Shown here piece after piece: positions 34,601 to 46,600 of a stretch of DNA of 64,000 bases. The DNA comes from Macrostomum lignano (Eukaryota), in the NCBI GenBank assembly GCA_002269645.1, contig NIVC01000051.1, forward strand, positions 620,001-684,000. Reading direction: 5' to 3'. A model generated the notes under the pieces. That model was not told where the DNA came from. It was given only the letters and a program-made list of their open reading frames with translations, and made no database searches. How positions within the stretch are numbered: position 1 is the stretch's first letter; each line of letters begins with the position of its first letter. The translations under genes and the position numbers were made by a program.

Positions 34601-37600
34601 CCCTCCCTCATCCTTCAGTTGGTTGTCTCTGTGCCCTTCCACACCCTCCCTGATCCTTCACTTTGCTCCTCCACCCCAACCCTCCCTGATCCCTCAGTTG
34701 GTTGCCGCTGTGCTACCTTACCTGAACACCAACCTGACAATTCCCAATCCGCAGGAATACCGTTCTAATCGTTTGGCCAATTTAGATTGGCAAAAATTGC
34801 GACCGGAACAGCGAGAACTGATGCGCACTAGAAGGCAACTTTTGGCCCACCTGCATAGATTGGACTGTTATGAACAGGTATAGAATTTTTTGTTTGAACA
34901 AATAGTATATAATAACTCGAAGTTACATATACTTGTGCCCCAAAGAGGGCCGTTTTAGTTTCAATTGAGAAATAATTTAAATGGCTATGTTAATAACAAT
35001 CGATTTCGCCTGCCCTGATTGGGCCTGATGTGCTAATGACAGCTCAGCCGCAGCTATTGCGCGGCGCATCTGAAGGCTGCATTCGGCTGTTCCGTCCATA
35101 GACTGGGGGGGGACACCAATTGTCCCATTGGGATCGGGAATCGAACCCCCGATCTTCAAGTCTTGAGTCCGACACGATAACTACTTTGCTACAAGTACAT
35201 GCAATACATTACTGAATAGTGCGGCCTTATGGTGGCCCCGAAAATGACCGTTTTTCTCTTTAATACGAATTCTTATTTTTCCAGCCCGATTTTTCACTCG
35301 CAGGTACTCGGCGGTCGACACAGAGCTCCCGAACGGTACACTGCCGAAGAATTCGCCGATTTTCGTCGGCAAACTCCTCTAGGCTTAGCCGTATCCTACG
35401 CCCGGCTTGGCAACTACGACGCCGTTGATCACGTGATTAGTCACTATACGGACGAGTTGCTGCCACATCGGCTATTAATATTAAGCAACGCAGCCGAATG
35501 CGACAGTCCTAGGCAGTACGAGTTTCTACTGCCTAGCGCCGGGCGTCGACTGCATGATTCCGATCTGTTGGATTGGCCTCGAAGAGTGACGTCATCGGCT
35601 CTGGCCGACTGGGCTTGGCGCGATCAGGCCGTGCTTGCCGTGCCGGCGTCTCCGCCCACTGATGAAGCCGCTGCCGAGATGGCGTCGCTCTACGCTGAGG
35701 CTCCGGAATCGGCGGCCGCTGCCAATCCGCTGACTTCTGCTCAGGTTGCCGCTTGGCTTGCCGACAGAGCTAGGTTTATCGAGGCTGAGTCGCTGCAGGT
35801 ATGTGTGCTATGAATAGTACTCATTTTAAAACTATTATATGATCAGTAATAGAAGTACTTATAATCGATAATAGGTGTGTCATTGATCAATTATAGGAGT
35901 CTATATGATCAATATTAGGAGTGTCTCTATGATCAACAATAGGGGTGTCTTTATGATCAACAATAGGAGTGTCTCTATGATCAACAATAAGAGTGTCTCT
36001 ATGATCAATAATAGGAGTGTCTCTATGATCAATAATAAGAGTGTCTCTATGATCAATAATAGGAGTGTCTCTATGATCAATAATAAGAGTGTCTCTATGA
36101 TCAATAATAGGAGTGTCTCTATGATCAATAATAGGAGTGTCTCTATGATCAATAATAGGAGTGTTTCTATGATCAACAATAGGAGTGTCTCTATGATCAA
36201 TAATAAGAGTGTCTCTATGATCAATAATAGGAGTGTCTCTATGATCAATAATAGGAGTGTTTCTATGATCAACAATAGGAGTGTCTCTATAATAAAAAAT
36301 AATGGAAGTGTCTCTATGATCAATCTCTTTGATCCATAATCAACCAAGCAACCATACGGTACGACGCGGAGTATATTTAATATCACTAACAATGCAACTT
36401 CCAACGCAAGGCAATATAAACAACTTGATGATTCGCAGAACAATACCGAAAAAAACTACCAGAAAAGAAAACAGGAAAAATCAAGCCCGACAGAGACGCA
36501 ACAGTCACAGTGGAAAAATAGCGTGCTCCACATCCTTCGGAAAAGCGATAGCATTTCCCTGTCGTACACCCGTAATTCTGGACCGCGACAGTGCGTACAT
36601 ACTAATATTAAGAATTCCGCTGAAATACAAGAGAATCCACTGACGATTTTATCTCCATTAATGAAGTTAGTAGAAACGTATAGGACATTTACAATAGCGC
36701 CGTTGTCTGGTCCAGAGGTCTTGTATAAATATTCACTCTGATCACGCTTATCTGAATCCAACTCTCTGAGTGCCACAGCTTGCCTACTGACATGACTGAC
36801 GACCACTAGAACTTACCTGATTCATCACTTCAGTCTTCCCAGGTAGTTTTCAAAACAGAAAGTAAAAAACTGCCCAAGGGTCCATAACGCTTGACAAAGT
36901 CAAAAGATGCCAAAGAATATGAAAATTGTAGGAAATTGAACTACTCGTAGAACCAAACAGCTCACGTGCCTGAAAAACAAACAGCTTAATAGCACTGGCT
37001 GCCTGCTCGTGCAAGTGATTAAGTTGATGGGAAGCAAAGACAAAAATTGCAAAGTGTAGAAGGAGAAAATGCTGAAAGTACAGGGCGGGCTAGTAGAACT
37101 TGAAAAGAAAGGGGCCACAGTAACGAATAAGAGAACGAAATCCATTTGCCTTATAGTTGCTCAGCCCTTTGTCCAATTGCCTCGTGGCGCGCTGGAACTC
37201 ACAGGGAAAATACTTTCTGCAAGACGCGATGCTGTCAGATAATGCGGTTAACTGAGCACTGGTAAGACGACAAAAAAGACGAAACGACTTGACCTTTTGA
37301 AAATAAAACTTGAACAGACGCCTGAAAATTCCAAGACAAACACTAGACGTAGACGATAGTCCAATGGGAACTCAGTCAACAAGGATGCAGTGCTACAAAG
37401 CAGAGACAATCTTTGCTGGTGGTTATTTTTTTCTTTTTCAGCATACAGCTAATTCTCACTAGGGGCAGCAACGGACACAGGGAAAGCCATCCGGTCGTTT
37501 TCTTTCTTGGCAGTGACTCGGCAATAGCCACACCCGTTAGTAGAGGTATGACCAGCGATACATTGTATAAAAGCACGCATAGGAGCATCGCAAATGAACG

Positions 37601-40600
37601 TTAGATAACTGAGCTTAAAAAGCTTACCGTTATACTCAAACCCTGTCTGCCTCAACAGACGGACTTCGTTGACAAAATCGTGCAGATACTCATCGACGCT
37701 TAGCTTAAAAAACCCCATAGAGCAAAGCAACAGGAAGAATTATATGAGAGCCTTCAAACTAGATTAGAATGGGCCAAAGAGACGCAGAGCTGCTCTTGTA
37801 AAGATGCAATCCGTCGATATTGATAAGCTCGTCAATGCCAATGGCAGATGATTCAACACGCAGTGAGTGAGTCAAGGCAAAGCAACGATTTATCTAAGCA
37901 AAACTTGATGTTCTCTTGAAGGGACGTGTAAGAAAAAGTACCACCGCAGGTAAGCGACAATGCAGGGGCCACACTCTTCCTATTCCCGTTCGTCAATAGG
38001 TAAAAAGACGGGGGGGCATTGGCACCCATTTGAATAAGAAGTCGAAGCAAGTACTCCACTGCAGCACGAGACAGATTGAACATCAGAACAAACAAGGCCA
38101 ATTCATAAGCAAAATCAAATTATGGCACATCCACAATCTCGTCAGCAGCTTCCACATCCACCACGTCATCGCAGGAGTAGTAGCTGCGGTTTTCCGAGGA
38201 TTCGTCGTCCGTCCGACTCAGTCACTTCTGTTATGTTATGATAGACTCATAGACTCATTCTCTGTGTGTTTGATTTATGTCTATGGACACGACTAATAAA
38301 CGAGTGTTAAAGAGCACTTATAACTACACAGCTGCTCTATATCCATACAAGCATCTGGAAACATAAGACTTCTGTGTCGCAACACAACAACTTCAACACC
38401 TCGCGTTTGTATCACCCATTGCACTGGTCTCAAGTGTGGCTTGGACGTCCTCGAGCGTAGCCCTCAACGAAGCACTACGCCTCTGTCGCTTAGCTTGACT
38501 GTACGATGCCATTGCTGGAAGGATTCCCGGGATAGAATACAGTTACTTTATTGTTCGGTATAAACAAGATAACCTGTAACACATCGTTTATTAAAAAGCC
38601 TTTAATATAAGCAAAATAAATAGTGGAAACACAACTCTAAAACTGAAGAAGTATTAATGCAGCGAATGAGTTGCTCTATAGGGCCGTATGCAGAAAGCTC
38701 TGTCTAGGGTAGTCCGGTCTTGAAAAGCTAGTCTGGACTTAAATTTGGTATGCAGAAGCGCAAAGTTAGACCAGTCTACTATAGACAGAACTAGGGTAGC
38801 TGGACCATAATACCATAGACTGAATTACCCAAGTCCGGACTAGCTAGTCTGGACTAGGCTTTCTGCATACGGCCCAATGTTGACAAAACATAGTTTATTG
38901 ACAAAGAACAAAGGCATATGCAAGTGTGTAAGTGGCCTAGCGCTAGCACATCAGGCAAATATACGAGCTAATTAAAGGTTTGAAAATTGATACACTACAC
39001 TAGTGAAATAGTAGCATACGGAAAACAATGAATGAATACAATTACTATGGAAAAACGTTTCAAAGCGGAGATAAAATAACAGGACATTGAAGAGGTCCGC
39101 TTCAGTGTCTTGTATCTATGAACAATATTTGAAATGTACGATATTCTTTTTCTATGATACTTTATCATTACCAGTATGGTTTATGATAAATTACTACACT
39201 GTATGACCAATCAGCTAGTGCTAATTAGTATTCAGTAAACTGCTATTTGAATCTACCCTCTCAGGTTGACAACGCACTCTGCCTATTAGAATTGGGCGTC
39301 GAACGCGGTTTCACTGGCTTAGAAGATCTGCTAGAAGAGGTCCGCTTGCTGGCCAACTTTGTCTACGGCGGCGGCGGCAGTGTCGGAGGCGGCAGCAGCG
39401 GCGGCACCGACTATCTTCGCCTAGCCAACCTGCGCGACCTGACCGAATTGGAACGCTGCCAATTATTGATTAGCCGCCGAGAATCTAAAGAAGATTTCCT
39501 ATCGGATGTTACTAACCGATTGGCGCCGCATCTGGCTAGGCTGGAGGCCAGGCAGAAAGGCCTCGGCAGAGATCTGTTGCGCAGGCTCCTACTAGGCCTG
39601 GCTAATGAAGGCCAACTAGGCTTAGTAGCAGCCTATGTTGAACGGCCACCAGCTAGTTCGTATGGCAATTCATCAGCGGCTGGGTTCTTAGCCGATCAAG
39701 CTCTCTTAGCCGATGTGGCGCTAGAAGCGGCCTATGTCGATGCCGATTCGGTCGACCTAGTCGCTGCTGGGAGACTGGCAGATCTAGTTGCTCAGCTCAC
39801 CTCATCAGTAGCTCCTGCCGTTGTTGAAAAGGCTAAAGTACTTCGTCAACGCGTCGACGCCTGTCGTCTGGTGGCTTCCCGACGCGGCGTCGGCACCGTG
39901 TCCGCCGCTAGGAGCCCGGCAGCTTTAGCTTCGCTCGACGCTGCCAAAGCCGACCTATTGTTGCAACAGGTGGCTAGACAAGAAGTTCAAGTGTGGTGCT
40001 CGGAGTCTGTTTCGGCTGGAAAATTAGATTCGAATAGTTCGTCGGGTTCGCTAGTTGACCTGCAGAAGGTTACCAGTCTGTTGCGGGATTTAGATACGCT
40101 AGCTACTGGAGCTCTAGCCGCTCTGGTCACCGCTGGCCGACCGATACGTCTCCTACTGCAGTGCATGCTGTCGGCTGGTCAAATTGGATTGATCAAATCC
40201 GCGATTGCGCATTTAGAATTAGAGCCCGGCAGGGTGCCGTCGCGTAGGCCGCACGTGCCCTATATGGACTCCGTACAGTTGATCACATCGGCTGCTATTG
40301 ATTATTTCAATTCGGCTGCTAGCGCTACAGATCCTACTATTGCTTTGGCTAAGCGTTGTCTAGCCTATTTGCCGGCTACTGAGTCCGCTGTGCGTAAAGA
40401 ATTAGCCCTAATTGAAGCTCTGGTCGCTCTTGAAGATCTTGCCGTTCCAGTGCTGCCAGTCGGTTTGAGAGGGCACGCCGACCCGGCCGGGTTGATCTGT
40501 AAAGCCATTAAACGGCAGGGTGACTTGTACAAGCGGCTGGACGAGTGAGTGGCTTTCGATTGGAGTTTGTTGGGATTTCCCTTGGAAAATCTCTAGTTGG

Positions 40601-43600
40601 AATTTCCTTTGGGGAACCTCTAGTTGGGATTTCCTTTGGGGAATCTCTAGTTAGGATTTCCTTTGAGAATCTCTATTTGGGAATTTCTTTGGGAATCTCT
40701 AGTTGGAATTTCCTTTGGGGAACCTCTAGTTGGGATTTTTATTTTGGGGAATCTCTAATTGGGATTTCCTATGGGGAATCTCTAGTTGGGATTTCCTATG
40801 GGCAATCTCTAGTTGGGGTTTCCTGTGGGGAATCTTAGTTCGGATATCCTTTAGGGAATCTCTAGTTGGGATTTCCTTTGGGGAATCTCTAGTTGGGATT
40901 TCCTTTGGGGAATCTCTAGTTGGGATTTCCTTTGGGGAATCTCTAGTTGGGATTTCCTTTGGGAATCTCTATTTGGGAATTTCTTTGGGAATCTCTAGTT
41001 GGAATTTCCTATGGGTAATCTCTAGTGATGATTTCCCATGGATAATCTTTAGTTGGCATTTCCTTTGGGGAATATTTATTTGAGATTTTCTTTGGGGAAT
41101 CTATGGTGTTTCCTGTGGGGAATCTCCATTTGATATTTCCTATGAGGAATCCTCAGCTTGGGATTTCTTGTAATAGACTAAATCAGCCTTAATCTAGAAC
41201 AATCAGTCAATGGTAGTGGCGACCACCAGAGTATGGCACTCGCACCAACAAGTTACCTAAGGTTGGGTGCTCAGGGATCAACACAGACTAATTCCTATTT
41301 ATAATCCCTCAGCCTGTTGCGAGTTTGCGATCTGCTCGCCCTGCCAGCGTCTGCTTCCGCCTCAGTTCAACTCTCAGCCGGAGAGGCCGCCCTGACGGCT
41401 GGCGACTTCAAATTCGCTTCTCGTCTCTGCCTTCGTTTGATTGACAGGACAGCAGACCCCGATGGACAGGGCCGGTTGAGCTCCACCTGTCCGGATGCCT
41501 GGCGCATCTGCTACGCCCTGCTCACCCGCTGGCCGGATAGTCGCTCCGGCTCAGCGGCTGATCGCCTTCGCATGGCTCGGTTCTGCACCGTCTACTGCTC
41601 ACCCGACATGCTGGAAGCTGCCTGCGACCTACTCGAAGATGTCGAATGCTTGACCGCTGGCACTGCTGGCGAGGAAGACGAGGAAGCAACCAGTTTTGCA
41701 GCTGTTGACGATCCAGAAGATGCTCAGCAGGCGTCGTCGCTTACCGCCGTAGTTGAAGGCGGCATTCGCGGCGTATTTAAATCGGCGGCAACATCAAAGA
41801 GACTGTTTGACAAGACTCTGTCTAATCTGGGCGTGGATTTGTCAAAGTCGAATTTCATTGGGTAAAGTCTACTCATTCCATGTGTTATCATTTTTTTAAA
41901 ACTCTAGACCTGCAGTGTATAAAGTTGTTTACACAACATATCGGCAATGAAACAAAAAACTTGTTTCTATTAATTGATAAGCTAAAAATTTATTAGCTAA
42001 ATTAATTTGCTAATAAATTACTAAGCTAAATTAATTGATAAACTCTCCCACTCTCTCTCACCCTCTTTCTCCCGCCTCACTCTCCCCTCTCACCCTCTTT
42101 CTCCCGCCTCCCTCTCCCAACTCAGCCTCTTTCTCCCCCCCCCCCTCACTCTCCTCTATCACCCTCTTTCCCCCCTCACTCTCTCTTCTCACCCTCTTTC
42201 TCCCCCCTCACTCTCCTCTCTCACCCTCTTTCTCCCGCCTCCCTCTCCCAACTCAGCCTTTTTCTCCCCCCTCACTCTCATCTCTCACCCTCTTTCTCCC
42301 GCCTCCCTCTCCCAACTCACCCTCTTTCCCCCCTCACTCTCTCTTCTCACCCTCTTTCTCCCCTCACTCTCCCCTCACCCTCTTTCCCCCACCTCGCTCA
42401 CCCTCTTTCTCCCCTCACTCTCCTTTCCTCAGAGAGAGAGAGAGAGAAAGAGCTCCCCAGATACTAATATTACATCCAATTAAAAATTATTCTATGAAAT
42501 GCCTTTAAGAGATGAACGATAATAAACCTGTTCGAACAATTATTAAATTTCAGTCTGTCGTCAAAGCATGTCACTAAGGGAAAGGTCCCTAATCGATCGA
42601 GTTTAACAACCGGCATTGGCCAACCTGACGAATTTCGCGTGCTACAATCGTTATTTTATAATAGCTGCAGCGATAACAGCGCCGATGAGTCAGATTGTAG
42701 CGGCGGAGTTGAACCGTTTCTCCAGCAGGTGACAGCAACAGCTGCAGATTCCACAGGTGTCAATCAGGTGGCGCTGGCTAGTTTAGCTGCCGCCGAGGAT
42801 CACGACGACCTGCTACAGCAGATTCGGTTGTTACAGCGGCGGCTGAGCCGGTATCCTGACGATGCTAATAGAGACACTTGCCAGTTGGAGTTGGACCAGC
42901 TGCTTGCAGATCTGACTGTCAGTCGTTGTCAGGTGTCAACTTTGTACGCTTTCTCGGCGGCTGTGTCTACTCGTGCCGATGTGGTCGCTACAGAAACCGC
43001 AATTAGACGGTACAAGCCCGGGCCGAAACTGCACACCTTCGCGTTAGTTGCTATGGCTTATAAAATCCTGTTGAAACGGCAGGAAAGGGCCGGGTTTAAG
43101 AACCGGCGATCCGCTGCTCAGGATGGTGAGTTCGTTTGGTTAATTCGGGGATTCTGGGGATGTAGCTTAGCCGCGGTGAACGCGTCAAGATCCTTTGATT
43201 TTGTGCTCTTGCGCGAAGCTTAGTGGGGGCGGGGGAGCGAGCTTGTTGGGCGATTCACATTGAGCCTCTCTATACGGCCCGCGGGTCCTTTAAAACTTCA
43301 AAAAATAGCAATCCTGTTCTCTCAAGGCTTGTGTCTTTTCTTAGCTCTCTTACTTCCTCTCTTCTATCTCTCATCTCCTCTCTCCTCTATTCTCTCTCAT
43401 CTGGTCCGCAACCATTAGCAAGGTTCTTTATCTGGCTCTAATAAATTAGAGCCATAAAATTGGTCAAAATCGAAATTGAGAAATTGAATCATATTATACC
43501 GCTTGCTTTAACCTCTGCAGAACCTGCAAAAACCGCTGCCAAACGCCTGCAGCAGCAGAAAAAGAAGCAAACAGAGGCGCAATCTTGTCAAAGCGTGGAA

Positions 43601-46600
43601 CAGCAAAATTGGCAGCATCGTCCGCTCGATTTGATTGGTCGCCAACTTCGCCCCGGTCGTATCTATGCCGTTGCTAAGTCTCTTCTACAGTTGGCAAATA
43701 CCGCGGCTGCTGAAGCAGAAGACACAGACAATGACAGTGTTTTAATAGACGAGTTCCGAAAATGCGAAAGTCTGTTAGCCGACTGCGACCTGGCTAGTAG
43801 ATTAAGTGACACCTGTCCCAGTGTAAGCCTGCAGCGATTCGCTAGCGATGCCGATTATCGAACTGACACTGTGCTGGGATTGGCTATGACTGCCGATGCT
43901 AAACAGCTGGACTTGGCCAGGGCTCTGGCTGCTAGGTATGCTCACTGAGTGCGGAGTCCGTGTGGACATTTAGGGGGCAGGGCGGATATAAGATTCTGTA
44001 GTGGGAGCGGATGGAGTCTGTAGTGGAGGGCGGATTGAGTCTGTAGTGGAGGGCGGATTGAGTCTGTAGTGGAGGGCGGATTGACTCTGTAGTGGAGGGC
44101 GGATTGAGTCTGTAGTGGAGGGCGGATTGAGTCTGTAGTGGAAGGCGGATTGAGTCTGTAGTGGAGGGCGGATTGAGTCTGTAGTGGGGGCGGATGGGTC
44201 TGTAGTGGAGGGCGGATTGAGTCTGTAGTGGAGGGCGGATTGGTCTGTAGTGGAGGGCGGATTGAGTCTGTAGTGGGGGCGGATGGGTCTGTAGTGGAGG
44301 GCGGATTGAGTCTGTAGTGGGCGGATGGGTCTGTAGTGGAGGGCGGATTGAGTCTGTAGTGGAGGGCGGATTGACTCTGTAGTCGAGGGCGGATTGACTC
44401 TGTAGTCGAGGGCGGATTGAGTCTGTAGTAGAGGGCGGATTGAGTCTGTAGTGGGGGCGGATGGGTCTGTAGTGGAGGGCGGATTGAGTCTGTAGTGGAG
44501 GGCGGATTGACTCTGTAGTGGAGGGCGGATTGAGTCTGTAGTGGAGGGCGGATTGAGTCTGTAGTGGAGGGCGGATTGAGTCTGTAGTGGAAGGCGGATT
44601 GAGTCTGTAGTGGAGGGCGGATTGAGTCTGTAGTGGAGGGCGGATTGAGTCTGTAGTGGAGGGCGGATTGACTCTGTAGTGGAGGGTGGATTGAGTCTGT
44701 AGTGGAGGGCGGATTGAGTCTGTAGTGGAGGGCGGACTGAGTCTGTAGTGGGGGCGGATGGGTCTGTAGTGGAGGGCGGATTGAGTCTGTAGTGGAGGGC
44801 GGATTGAGTCTGTAGTGGAGGCGGATGGGTCTGTTGTGGGGGCGGATGGGTCTGTAGTGGGGAGCGGATGAGTCTATAGTGGAGTGTGAATGGAGTTTGT
44901 AGGAGGGAGGAGCGGATGGAGTCTGTAGTTGGGGCGGATGAAGTCTGTAGTGGGGGTGGATGGTGTCTGTAGTGGAGGGCAGATGAGTTCTAGTGGGGGC
45001 GGATAGAATCTAGTGGGGGGGAGTACTGCAGTCTGTAGGAGGAAGATGGATCTGCATGGTCAGTGAATGAGTGCGGATAAAGCCTGTAAGCAGATTGAAT
45101 AGTTGTAAGGAGTTAAATGTTAGTATTCGAATAGCTGCAGTAGCGCTCTCTAATCTCAACCAATCCCATTTATCCCGTGGCATCAATCCAGATACTCCAT
45201 ATCGGACTGGGAGGTGTGCGCCACCCACCTGGAGCACCTGTTCTCTGAGTCGCAATCGGTTGTACCGTTGGACAGCCTCCGTTCCAGTCTGGAGCCGTTG
45301 CTACCCAGCCTGCGTTCGCAGCCTGACGAATTTCAGCGTCTACTTTTAACTATCGTCTATCCGACCCTGGACGGCACCGACCTGGCCAAGCTGATGTACT
45401 TTTACAGTTTATTACCCGGCGAAGCCGTCTGCGCTGCAGGCCGCACCGCCGATTGGCACTGCAAAACTCTACGAAAGCTGCACTCGGCCGGCACTCGCGG
45501 TCTCGACTATCGTCGCCTAATTGTTGCCGGCGAAGATCGACAAGCCGACGCCGGTGCCGACGTGCTTGACAAAGTTCTAGCTCCGGCCTTGACTCCGCAG
45601 AATGTTGGCACGTTGGCTAAATTGGCGCCAAGCGTCGGGCTTCGGCCTGGCGCCGTTTATGCGCGCTGGATTGGTCGACTGTTCTGGGGCGATGGCGAGG
45701 GCGAGGGCGAGGGCGAAGTGAATTGGCTGCATCGGTACGAGGCCTGTTCGCCAAATTTGACTAGACTGGACCCTGTCGATTATCTGGGATTTCTACGAAG
45801 CGTTGCTTTCGGTTAGTTATTTACCTTTTACTGTGTCCTACTTGCAAGCGTGGAAGGGCGCACTCCTTAAGCACAACACAAACATGGTCAACATTAACAA
45901 CAGGTGTGACACAAGCGTGTACTCATAGACAACAGGTGTGACACAAGTGCGTAATCATTAACAACAGGTGTGACACAAGCGTGTACTCATAGACAACAGG
46001 TGTGACACAAGTGCGTAATCATTAACAACAGGTGTGACACAAGCGTGTACTCATAGACAACAGGTGTGACACAAGCGTGCACTCATTGAACAACAGGTGT
46101 GATAATAATCACACCTGACAGGGGTATCACTTAGTAGTTTTTTGTCAATCTACTTCCTAAAGAAACCTTCTCAATTCCAGGTGCGCGCTCTGAGTCCGTG
46201 CCAGCCGATGCCCGATTCCTTCGACGCGCGGTGAAATTTTGCAAGCAACAAGCTCAGCAGCAGTCTTCATCGTCTAACCAGTCGCAACAGGCATCTGGGA
46301 AGCGCAAACAGCAGCAGCAGAAAGGTGAAGCTCGGTTCTCACACCTGTTTTAACCGATAGATACAACTTAGTGTTTTATTATTTTGTTCTCTACCGCACC
46401 GATTGCTCAATCCTTTGATCTCTACCGCACCGATCGCTCAATCCTTTGATCTCTACCGCACCGATTGCTCAATCATTTGATCTCTACCGCACCGATCGCG
46501 CAATCCTTTGATCTCTACCGCACCGATCGCGCAATCCTTTGATCTCTACCGCACCGATCGCTCAATCCTTTGATCTCTACCGCACCGATTGCTCAATCCT

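Noticed and set aside
35125-35195. tRNA gene
   Set aside because: A/B boxes are present but there is no acceptor-stem pairing, and a non-tRNA body follows, so it is a SINE head. The same applies to tRNA-like fragments near 11200, 16340, 21240 and 21930.
35901-36443. IIETLLLL repeat ORF that looks like a membrane protein
   Set aside because: Translation of a 24-bp minisatellite.
38996-39005. CACTA-type terminus for the Mirage/EnSpm element (TAGTG at 39001-39005 versus CACTA at 36384)
   Set aside because: Only 5 bp match, with no extended TIR or TSD.
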